A stretch of DNA of 64,000 nucleotides, taken from Caecitellus pseudoparvulus (lineage: Eukaryota; Protista; Bigyra: Bicosoecida). Both the position numbers and the translations under genes were made by a program. The notes beneath the pieces are model-generated. The model was not told the DNA's origin. It made no database searches and saw only the letters and a program-made list of their open reading frames with translations. The DNA lies in NCBI GenBank assembly GCA_965644315.1, contig CBFFRQ010000064.1, positions 310,001 to 374,000 on the forward strand. Reading direction: 5' to 3'. This document shows positions 53,832-64,000 of the stretch, piece by piece (position 1 is the first letter of the stretch; each line of letters begins with the position of its first letter).

Positions 53832-54375
53832 CTACGATTGTCTAGCGAATGCCGTGTGCTCAGGAGTGTGTACAGTGTGTGCTAGCTGTGGGTGTGCTGT
53901 GTGAGTTTGAGTTGTGCTGTGGTGGGTGCGTTGGTCGTGGCAACGCGAGGGGGGGGGGTGAGGGGGGTGGCATGGAAGGGGGGGCTGGATGCGGGTCAGC
54001 GGCGGCGGATGTGCAGGGTAGTGAGGCCATGTGCAGCTGCAGGCAGCATGAGTGGTGTGTCAGTGTGCATTCATGGGTTTGCATGCTCTCTTCGCGAAGC
54101 ACGTCACTTGCGTTGAGTGTTTGGATGTCTCGTGCGGTGCATCGCCGCACCCTTTCCTTCTATACTTAGTTAAATGATGAAGAGCGTCTCTGTCTCTGCT
54201 GATTTCCTACCTTTTGTGAGGTTTCTCTTTAGCCCCGAAGGAGGTTGCGTGATCCCTTCTTGTTTTTCTACACACACACACGAGCACATCGCGGCTCAAG
54301 ACACTATCGTAAATTCTTCATACAGCCCAGTTTCACAACTCTTCTGTTGGTTTGCACACGTCCGCTGTACCAACC

Positions 54376-56169
54376 ATGTCTTCCCGTTTCGTCCGCGCCT
54401 CCAAGTTCAGGCGTACGTGGCAGAGTTGGGCGCGCTGCACCTTGCGCCAGCCGCACCACCGCCCCCTCCCATCCGCAGACTTGTTTGTCAACCATGACAA
54501 GCCTGAGAAGTCATTCCTGGACTTGGACCTGAGCACCACAACCGGTGACCACCCATACATCAAGGCTTCTGCCCGCTTCTTGTGCGTGAGCTCGAACTTT
54601 GTCAGCGCGTGGCACTGCTTTCACGCCCTGCACTGCACCTTGCTCCCAGTTCTGTGGCGGTGCGAGGAGGCGGTGGCGCTGTGATTGTGCGGCGCCTGGA
54701 CCAACCAGGCAAGATTTCCAGCTCCGAGCCCAAGCTCGCCGGGCACAAAGGTGCGTGGGTGTCGTTGGGCAGCGCGTGGGGGCTTGAGGCTGGTGCACCA
54801 CGCCAACCTGCGTTTCCTGCCAAGCCTGCACTTGGTTCTGTTGTGTGTTTGCGCGGCGCTGTGGGGCCCTTGCTGCCATCAAGCCAGCGGATTGCTGGTG
54901 GTTGTTTGTTGGGGCTTTGGGGGGGCTGGCGGCTGGACTTGCCGTGCAAGCGGCTTGTCTGTGCGGAAGTTGAACCTGCGTGAGAGTGTGCACCTTGTCC
55001 CGCGTTTCTTTGCAGCTGCGGTGACTGACACCGAGTGGAACCCATTCAACGACAACGTGCTGTACACGGCCTCCGACGACGCCACTGTGAAGATCTGGCA
55101 GATCCCTGAGGGCGGCCTGACGGAGAACTTGACCGAGGCAGCTGGCTCGCTGGATGGCCACATCAAGACCGTGACGCTGCTGCGTGCACACCCCGTGGCG
55201 TCCAATGTCCTGGCTTCCGCAGGCAAGAAGCCCTGCGTGAAGATTTGGGACGTGGAGAAGTGCGACGACAAGCTGACCCTGGAGGACTTCGGCGGCTTCG
55301 TCCAGGACTTGAACTGGAACTACAATGGCTCCCTGCTGGCCACGACGTCTAAGGACAAGCTGACTAGGGTGTGGGATCCCCGCTCCTCCAAGGTGGTGGC
55401 GTCTCACAAGTGCCACGATGGTGCAAAGGCCAGCAAGGTCTTGTTCTTGGGGCGCAAGGAGCAGCTGGTGACTGTCGGCTTCACCCGTCAGTCAAAGCGC
55501 GAGTTCAAGGGCTGGGACCCCCGCAAGCTGGACACCCCCCTGTTCCACAAGGAGCTGGACCAGTCCGCAGGCGTCTTGCTGCCGTTTTACGACGAGAGCA
55601 ACAACATCCTGTACCTGGGCGGCAAGGGTGACGGCAACATGCGCTTCTTCGAGTTCGTGAACGAGTCACCCTTCGTGTACACCCTGGGAGAGGACCGCAC
55701 GACGACCTCTGCGAAGGGGCTGTGCATGGTGCCCAAGCGCACTGTGGACGTGAACCACTCTGAGCTCATGCGATTCCTGAAGCTCACCCCCAACACCGTG
55801 ACGGGCTTCTCTGTCATGCTGCCGCGCAAGGCTGAGGGCTATGACCCCAGCATCTACCCCGACATCCCCGCAGCTGTGCCTGCCCAGAGCGCTGAGAAGT
55901 GGTTTGCAGGAACTGATGTGGACCCCAAGTTGCAGTCAATGGACCCCTCGCAGAACCCTGATGCTCCTGTGGCAGCTGCTCTGACCCTGGACCCTGTCGT
56001 CAAGGCGCAAGCTCCCGCGCCTGCTGCTGCTGCCGCTGGCAGTGGCGGTGCCGGCAGCAGCTCTGCCGAGGACCTGCAGAAGCAGCTGGATGAGGCCCTC
56101 AAGAAGCTGGCGGCCCTGGAGATTGAGAACAAGGAGCTGAAGGAGCAGGTGGCGGAGCTGAAGAAGTAG
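54376..56169 (+). CDS. CORO1: Coronin (WD40 actin-binding protein), 3 introns
   Basis: MSSRFVRASKFR/HLF, WNPFNDN, SDDATVKIWQIP, GKGDGNMRFFE, C-terminal coiled coil. Confidence 0.96.
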
Positions 56170-56401
56170 GCTTGCTGGCTAGCCCATCACCCGTTGTCCC
56201 AGCACGCAGACCTGCTGGTTAGCGTGGAGTGCAATGCACTTTCCAGTCGTCAGACTGCTGTCTCTCCCCCTCTTTGTTTGGTCAGAGGGGTCTACCCGAC
56301 TTCTGCTGCGCTTTGCGAGGCTGCGAGTTGTGTGTGTCCTTGGCTCGGCAGCCAAGGCAAGCCCGGTCCCCTCCTTCAACAGTGCTGGGCACAGAGTCAA
56401 C

Positions 56402-57353
56402 ATGAGCTTCATTGATACAGCAAGTGGTTTCATTGGGGCTGTGTGCCTCACCTATGCAGGTGCGAACTTTGGTGCCGCAGGCTGCGTCTCCACCACGTGC
56501 GGAAATTGCATCAGGCGCACGCAACATTGCGCTCTTTGCTTTGGCAGGACTTCCATTTGACGTCGTGAAACTGCACATGCAAACGGAGAGCGGTGTGGGA
56601 AACAGTGTGCTTCAGACTATGCGCCGCTTGGTAGCTCGGCAGGGCGTGTGGGCTCTTTGGTCAGGGGCTATGCCTGCTCTGGCTTCAGCAAGCATTGAGA
56701 ACTCTGTCGTATTCACTGCGAACGGCTTCTTTCGCCGCACGTTGGCGGGGGGAGCACCAGAGGATAGTCTTTCTCTCCCACAGCACGCCCTGATTGGCGG
56801 TCTCAGTGGTGTCTTCAGCGCCACGGCCATTTGCCCTGCTGAGGTGGTAAAGTGCCGCATGCAGTATTCAGTTGGAAGCACCCCCCTTCAGTGCATTCGA
56901 GCAGTACTCAGCGAGGCAGGCTTAAAAGGACTCTTTCATGGCCTTGGCCCTTTGCTTGCACGAGACGTTCCGTTCAACACCCTCTTCTTTGGAAGCTACC
57001 GATCGTACTGTGCCGCGGCTGGAAGCCTTCGAGGGCTGTGGAGTGGAGGGCAGTCTGCACAGCACCATGAACTGTCTGGGGCCGAGTATTTTTTGTGTGG
57101 GGGCTTTGCAGGGATGACTGCTTGGAGCATCATTTTCCCGTTTGATTGCGTCAAGTCTAGGGTGCAGTCAGGTGCTGCTAGTGGCTCCGCCGTGAACGTT
57201 GCGTCTGCAATGTGGCGAGCGGAGGGCATAAGGGCATTTTACAAGGGGTGGAGTGCTGCTGTGTTGCGTGGCTTCCCAGCGAATGCTGCCTTGCTTCTTG
57301 GAGTGGAACTGTCTGCCCAGTTCATGCGTGAGCTTTTTGCAGAGCCAGTCTAG
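56402..57353 (+). CDS. Mitochondrial carrier (SLC25; ornithine/basic amino acid/carnitine-carrier-like)
   Basis: Three Px[DE]xxK motifs (PFDVVK, PAEVVK, PFDCVK), ENSVVF, ARDVP, LRGFPANA. Confidence 0.92.
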
Positions 57354-57542
57354 AGCGGCAGCCATACATCAACCATTCATCGCCAAATTCATGTGTCCTT
57401 CCACGTGTTTTCTTGCACGCAAGGTGCACTGCTTGCTTCCTCCCAATATGGCCTGGTGTCCAAGGCCAGAGCAGGGCGGGTCAGGCGATGAGAGTTTGTG
57501 TGGCGGCGCCAGCGACCCGTTGGATTGAAAGCAAGCGATAGC

Positions 57543-58787
57543 ATGGACACTCTCAAGCACCATGCATTCCAAGCGTGCCTCCTTGCAGCTGCTCTTGAAG
57601 AGAGGTTCAATGCTCACGGGTTTTCAGCATCGTTGACCCTGCGGAAACTGGCTTGCAGTCCGCAAGCTTCCTCGCCTCGAGCTGCTGCTCGCGTCCTCAA
57701 AGCAGTGATCCGGACTTGGAGGAGGCAGATTTCGAGTCAGAGTGAGGGGCATCCTGTGCATGCAATCGTGCTGGAGCTGCGGGCAGTGCACAGAACCTTG
57801 CAGGGCATGGTGGAGCTGGAGATTGAAGTGGCCCATGCTGAAGGCATTGAAGTAGTGCAGCGGGCTTCAGCTGAAAGACTGAGCCCTTCGATCCCCGAGC
57901 CTCGATCTGTAACAGACCTCCCCGAACCACACACGCCCAGCCCCCGCGCGCGAGTGCGTGACAGCGCCAGTTGCCAGCAATTGCAACGCAGCAGAGAGAG
58001 GCAACATGGCGCCAGGCCCGGCACGACTCAGGCTTCCCAAAGAGGCACTCGTCTACTCCAGGAACTGCGAAAGACCATTTCCCTTGCTGATGAACTCTTG
58101 CTCTCCCCTGGTACGCCAGTGAAGCCAGGCAGGGCTGCCTCGCCCAGCACATCGCCTGAAGCAGCTGGCACAACTGGCTACACAAGTGTCGAGCAGTCAA
58201 GACTTGAGGCACAGGAGATGATGAACCTTGCTACACGTCTTAACGATATTGTCAAGCGACATGTGGAGCGGGAGAGTCCACCCAAGTTCTCTCACTTCGG
58301 TGGCCTTCGCAGAATCGGTGCGGGTGAGAGCGCAGCTTTACAACGCCCCTCAAAGCAGCATGAAGCCCGACTTAGTGCTACACAGCACCGGCTGCATTCA
58401 GCGTCACAGCGCGTGGCATCACCTGCTGGCGCCCGTGTGCTTGCCAGGCCAGTCGCTGCGCGTCCTGAATCCCCTGTTGCATACCGCCTAGAGCTGCCCT
58501 CCCGCACCAGCCCCGAGCATGCTGTGCAACGGATGCGAGATACGTACACGGGAAGCTATCAAGGGGAAAAGGCGCGTCTTGCACGGTCTGGCGAGACCCA
58601 AAGTGCCAGGCTGGGAAGGCGCCCTCCAGCTCGAGCAGGTCACTCCGTCAGTCCGCCAACAAGAGTGGCCCAGAAGTGCCAAAGGCAGATAGTTTCGAAC
58701 GTCATGCGCCATGTGGACAGACGAAGCCCTGCAATCGCTGCCAGGCGACCAGTGGCGGGGTGGTTGAACGTGAGTCAGCCCTGGTAG
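57543..58787 (+). CDS. Hypothetical protein
   Basis: ORF of more than 400 codons, largely disordered, no recognised domain. Confidence 0.5.
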   Translation: MDTLKHHAFQACLLAAALEERFNAHGFSASLTLRKLACSPQASSPRAAARVLKAVIRTWRRQISSQSEGHPVHAIVLELRAVHRTLQGMVELEIEVAHAEGIEVVQRASAERLSPSIPEPRSVTDLPEPHTPSPRARVRDSASCQQLQRSRERQHGARPGTTQASQRGTRLLQELRKTISLADELLLSPGTPVKPGRAASPSTSPEAAGTTGYTSVEQSRLEAQEMMNLATRLNDIVKRHVERESPPKFSHFGGLRRIGAGESAALQRPSKQHEARLSATQHRLHSASQRVASPAGARVLARPVAARPESPVAYRLELPSRTSPEHAVQRMRDTYTGSYQGEKARLARSGETQSARLGRRPPARAGHSVSPPTRVAQKCQRQIVSNVMRHVDRRSPAIAARRPVAGWLNVSQPW

Positions 58788-59649
58788 TGGTGTGTCGCTG
58801 GCAAGATGAAAGACTCTCCGCACTGTGCGTCTTGAACAGGGGGATTGAACGGTGAGGCAGAAAAGTTTACATCTGGGCAGTTGATGAGTGTGAGGTTGGT
58901 TGAATAGCACAAGAAAATCGTGGAAAGCCAAGCGTTGTCTGGCCCATTGCAGCGAAGTTGACCTGTCACACCGAAGCGGCGCTGTAGGACTCCCAGCAGG
59001 TCCACGGAAGCATAAGGCGCTTGCCGTGGAATGAAATTGGAATCGCGGAGCACGCTTGTAAGATCATGTTGCCGGTGGAAGCCCAGCACCGTCTTGAAGA
59101 ATGTGAGAGGCGTCGGGAGCAGACTGGGCATGAACGCTGACGCGCATGTGCCATGTTTTGTCCACTCGTGGCGCCAAAACGCAGGGTAGTTCGAGGTGTT
59201 CCGATACGAAGAGTACTCTGGCCATTCAGTCAACTGCGCGGACGCGGGTGCCAATGGGTGACGGGCATGCACCACTGCACACGCATCCCTCACGCAAACG
59301 AACCATTTGCTGGTGCAAGGCAGGAGGCAGCGGGTCTGGCATGGGCTGACCCGTGCAATTACACGGCCAGTTTCCATCCAGGTCATTTGGCCACAGCCCT
59401 GTGTGGAGCACGCTCTCAGTGAACGCTGCTGATTTGGTTCGCGTTTCAGAGGTGTTTCGTACCGTGGATTGTGAAACTTTCCGGTGCGCCTGTGCAGCCG
59501 AACAAGCCGCACTGAGTCGGTGCCCAGAACTCCACGAGGAACAAGAAATCAAAAGGTCCTCCCTCCGTGCAGTGCCCGGCAGCGTCAATCCCCACTGCCA
59601 GCAGCAGGACGCCTGTCCCCCAAGCAAGAAGTGCAGTGGAGAGATGCAT
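58775..59649 (-). CDS. Secreted ribonuclease T2 (2 introns)
   Basis: Signal peptide; CAS I FTIHG/LWP; CAS II FWRHEWTKHGTC. Confidence 0.93.
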
Positions 59650-59724
59650 GGTGGTGGCGCAACCAAGCGGGGACACAACAACGAGTCTGTGCACACACTG
59701 GGCCAGGGGCAAGACTGGTGGGAT

Positions 59725-62201
59725 TTATTTTTGTGGCACAGTGTGCCGCTCAGCAGCGTCTGCGCCACTTGGAATGGGGAGTGCTGTGGCGTCGGCCTTT
59801 CCATGAGCTGCCTCCAGTCTGGACATGTCTCCGGTGCTGCTGGAGTAGCAGATTCGGGCCAGGGCCGCCGGCCTGAGCTCAGCTGCAATGGGGTGGTGAT
59901 TGCCCTGACCAAGCTCTTCTTGCAAAAGGGTCCACAGCTGCCTGGCGCGAGGGGTCCAAGTGGCATGTTGTGCTGCACCTCCGCCCGCGTCGGAAGACCC
60001 TGAGCTTGCACTCGCCTGGAGGGCTTCGTGCCTGCTCTGGACTGCTAGTGTTGCAGCATGCCGGCCAAATGGTGGTGTAGGGGTGTCGGTGGGAATCCTG
60101 CGCCGCTGAGGCGTAGGCGAGCCGCCGTCTGCAGCTAATGCTTGGGCGGCAGACGTTGCGAGGGCAGCGAAGTCCGTCGATGGCGGTCGAGCATCTTCTG
60201 TTTCCGGTGAAGCCAGCGAGCGCCGGACCACGTCCACGATGAAGGCTGTGTGGCATTGAGCGGCAACAACGGCGGCGATGAAGTCGACGAGCATCTTCTC
60301 AGCATAGGAAGCACCGGCAGGGTACACCCCCGTGTGCCAAGCACAGTGGCCGCCTCGATTTGTGCGAGCAAAGATGACGTTAGGGTTCTCAAGTCCTGCT
60401 CGCTCAAGGGTATTGAAAAAGGATGGCGCCATCATGGGGTCGTCACGTGCAGTCATGATGAGGGTCGGCACGCGGATCTTGTGCAAGTTGTTCCCGGCTG
60501 TGTTCATATAGTGCGGGGCTGTGGGGTTTCCGAAGGGGGAGTATGCTGCCTCTGGCAGTGGCCGTAAGGTGTCGCGGGAGGCAATGCGGTGCATGTGCAC
60601 GGTATGGGGGTCATTGAAGCCGTCCTCGCTGCTGGGCGGCAAGGCCGTCGTTCCCTCAGTATGCCACTCTGACACCAGTGCTGCCTCACTCGTGGGGGAA
60701 GTTGGACGTGGTACCTTTGGAGCTTCGTCATACTCGGCACCAGCAGCCGGCAGCACCGCCTCTAGCGCTTCCTCTGCATCGTGAGGTGCTTGCTGCAGCC
60801 GTCCGTCGGTCTGAGCGGCGTCCGTTCCAGCAGCAGATGACAGAGTCGCGCCTGCAACACCCGATGGGGCAGCCGGGGCTGCAGCTTGCATGATTGGGTG
60901 GGTCTTTCGCCACTCTCTTGCTTCGTACGGGTCATGCGGGTGGTTCGAAAACGTTGAGAGGTGGCACAGCATTGAGTCATAGATCTGGTGAGCGCCCATG
61001 CGCCCCATTCGTGAGAGAAAAGGACGCATAGATTCTTGATCCAGCAGACGGTCTCCTGCCAGGTGTCTTCTGACGCATGCCCGGATGCAGCCGTCCATGG
61101 CTAGTCGGTAGGAGACGTTGTGGTGGCGCCGCATGTGGTGGATCATTTTGACCAAGTCCAGTGCCGGGGAGATGGCGACTGCTCCCACTAGGGGGACTCT
61201 TTCCCCCATCGCCTCCAAGTATGACAGCAGTACGTGCCCCCCAGCCGAGAATCCCACTGCAAAGATCGGTGCAGCCGGGTACCTGGCAGAGATAGTGGTG
61301 AGGGCCACCTCCACGTCCCGAGTCTCGGCAAAGTCAATGCGCCATCGATCGTGCACGACAGAACGCCAGCCTCGAGAGCTGCAGAGCTCCACAATGTTTC
61401 TGCAGTAGTTGTCTGTTGCGGAGCCGTAGATGCCGTGCAGGATGAAGACGATGGGCGCGTCCGGGGGTATGCCGGCGTTGGATTCATCCTTGGCCCAGTC
61501 CAACACCACCTCGTTGCCGTCGAAGGATGGGAGCGTCTCTCGCCGATAGGAAGCAAAGGGTTTCAAGGCTTCGTCCAGTTTGTTCAATGAGTTGCACAGG
61601 ATGGACTGTGCATGTGCGTTGAATGCCCAAAACACTGGCCGAAACATGGGGAGCTCAAAGCGCTCCATGATCATGGCATTCCAGCTGGACCGTCGGTAGA
61701 ACACCACCGGTCGTTCCACGACGTTAAAGTAGTAATAGAGGAGCCACACAAGCACAAACCAAAAGCTGAAGAGGCTGCCAAAGGTGCCCTTGCGGAGCCA
61801 GCGGGGCATCCACATGACGTGCGGGCCGAGGTACCTGCCTGCCAGCGCCAGTGCAGCGCTGCTGAGCAGGAGATTGCGCAAATGAGGTGACTGGAGGGAG
61901 TAGAGAATCGATCGTAGGCCATCACTGGGCCCCCACATCTGCAAGATGGAGTGTGGTCCCCTGCGAGCAGCAAAAGCAGGAGTGAGCCGCAACAATCAAT
62001 CCTTCACAAATTCCGCTGCCACCCCACGCACAGTAATTGCCGAAGCTGGGACCATTGGCGAGTTAAACCTGCACCAGCGCCGATGATGGCCAGTAAAATG
62101 AACACACGAATGGAGGAGTGCCCTTGCTGGGAGAACCCCCACTCCCAGAGGCGCCCAAGAAAGCCCTGGCCAGGGACAGGTCTGCTTTGGCTGGAGCCCA
62201 T
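59725..62201 (-). CDS. Alpha/beta hydrolase, ABHD1-3/YheT-like, with N-terminal TM segments (intron ~61961-62030)
   Basis: NAHAQS, VVLDW, ILHGIYG, nucleophile GFSAGG, ARDDP, GGHC. Confidence 0.9.
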
Positions 62202-62405
62202 GCTGCAACGCTACCGAAGGGCCGGGCCAGAGTCCCTGCTGGCTGGGGGGTTGACCGTGAGCACCCTGGCAGCGCCCGTTGCACTTCACGATTTTGTTCA
62301 AAAGTGGTGTTTTCCCTGCACTGCCAACGCCCCCCTTGAAAACACCTCCGAGCGCTTCACCTGTCTCTTTCGCCTCCCTTCCACAGCCTCCCGCAGCACT
62401 TCAGC

Positions 62406-63729
62406 ATGGAGTCAAGCTTCGCGGAGATGCTGGCTCAGGTCTCTGACGTTGCAGCAGAGCGCGATGCAGCAAAGCAAGCCCTAAGGACTGAAAGCGCCCG
62501 GCTTCAAGATAGCAACGAACAGCTGCGCGCGGGTGAGCCTCCGCTTTCGCGTGCAGCAAGGGAAGCGTGAAACGTTGCATGCCGCTTGCGTTGCAGCCCA
62601 AGGCCGCATCCGTGAGCTTGAACAACGGTGCACGGAGCTTTCAAGTCAGAAGTCTTCTCTTCAACACGACCTTGCAGCGTACGGTAGACCACCAGAGCCC
62701 GAGCAGGCTGCTCAAAGCACCGCCCGCGCCTTCTGCCAACGCAGGAGCAAGGCAGCGTTGGCTGAGGCGCAAGCCTCGCTGCATGCCACGCGCCAGAAGC
62801 GCACCCAGGTTGAGTCCAGCCTGGAGGTTTACAAATCTCACCTTCGTAAGGCAAAGCTCAACTTCAACCTTGCCATGCAGCGCGTGCCAAACTTGGTGGC
62901 CACCGTGCATTCAGCCGCCCTTCCGACCCCCAGCACGCTGCAGCCCGAGCAATCCCCCATGCAGGCAGCTTACGCAGCCCTTGTTCGCCATGTGGCTGAG
63001 ACCAAGCAAGGCCCTGATGTCGCCCAGGCAGCACCAACGGGTGTGGCCGTCGTTGAGCCGGGCGGTGCTGAGCAGTCTCAGAAAGACACCCGGCTTGACA
63101 GCGGCAGAGCCGAATGTGCAGAGACCCTTCTGTGGGTGAAAGCTGTAGCCATAAGTCACAATCATTTAGAGCTTTTGGCGGAGGTCATGCAACTGTAAGT
63201 TTGCAGCACATGCTCGCGTGCCATGCAGGCTTGCACCACACACCCGCACCCGCACAGTCGGGTGGATGCCCTCCGTGACCTCGCCACGAGGGCAATCGGG
63301 TACCTGGGCCAACGGAGCACAGAGACGGCGGTGGGCCTGGTGAAAGCAGCGATGGAAATCAAGGGGGTCTTCGAAGAGCAGCTTCTGCCACTTGTCAGCA
63401 TGCGCCAGGAAGCCGCAGAGGAAGCTTCACGCGCACCGATGCCGCAAGCTGTCCGGGAAGTGCTACAGGAGCAAGGCATTGTGCCCCTTGACTCAGGTGC
63501 TCCAGGACCGTGTGTGTTGGAAGCAGCCCAGGCTGAGTGGGAGGCCAAGCACGGGGAGCCTGCTCCACAGTATGCCCTGCCCAGCGACTGCGACACGGCC
63601 GCTGCATGCGCACTGCAGGCGCTCATGGAACAGGTTCAGCAGGAGGAAGACCAGAGCCAGGATCCCCCCTCAAGCACCCAGCTTCAGCGGAAGACCTCCA
63701 TGCCAGCGCCCAAGCGCCGGCGCAAGTAA
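62406..63729 (+). CDS. Hypothetical coiled-coil protein with C-terminal basic NLS (PKRRRK), multi-exon
   Basis: MESSFAEML... exon, plus ORFs 62533-63198 and 63223-63729 flanked by GT/AG sites. Confidence 0.55.
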
Positions 63730-64000
63730 AAAAGTGCATGAAACGCTGGCGAAACGGTGAGCTGACTATTCCCGGGCCTGGCTCGGCTCCCGGAAGCGCT
63801 TCTGGGAAAGCTTGCAGATTTCACAGTCATCAGGCATGGATGAATCCTCTCCAGGTGGGGCCAGCTTGGCAGCTTGCTCAGCTGCCTCTCGTTCAAGCTC
63901 ACGAAGAACTCCCTGGTGCATACGCTGGAGGAGAAACACGCTCAAGAGTTGAAGGGCGCACCGGGCAAGTCGAGCAGGGAAGCACCTACATCACGCTCAG

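Noticed and set aside
54409-54418. Apparent non-canonical GC donor in coronin intron 1 (cag|gcgtac)
   Set aside because: A canonical GT two bases downstream gives the conserved KFRHLF reading
63730-64000. Possible start of another gene at the right edge
   Set aside because: Too little sequence to establish strand or frame

Overview
GC-rich, gene-dense eukaryotic (protist) DNA with about 37 protein-coding genes, most split by short GT-AG introns, so the supplied ORF track often captures only fragments. Ubiquitin residues D16/Q28 and the ciliary-type genes suggest a flagellated stramenopile (inference). I found no rRNA, tRNA, CRISPR array or transposon. Most genes are housekeeping: kinesin, syntaxin-5, SmD1, ARL8, NDPK, FMC1, GnT-I, AP-1 gamma, (6-4) photolyase/cryptochrome, XAP5, PNO1, coronin, a mitochondrial carrier and RNase T2. 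The standout is a roughly 7.4 kb two-level polyubiquitin array (46.7-54.1 kb, minus strand). Four near-identical genes carry 3, 3, 5 and 6 ubiquitin units, all with Ala instead of Ser65. A fifth, divergent but intact gene would be processed into an uncleavable two-domain ubiquitin-like protein ending in LRLRGG (ISG15/FAT10-like architecture) plus a unit lacking GG. A membrane-anchored dCache sensor with the amino-acid-binding motif, absent from the ORF track, runs off the left edge. Exon boundaries were read by eye and are approximate.
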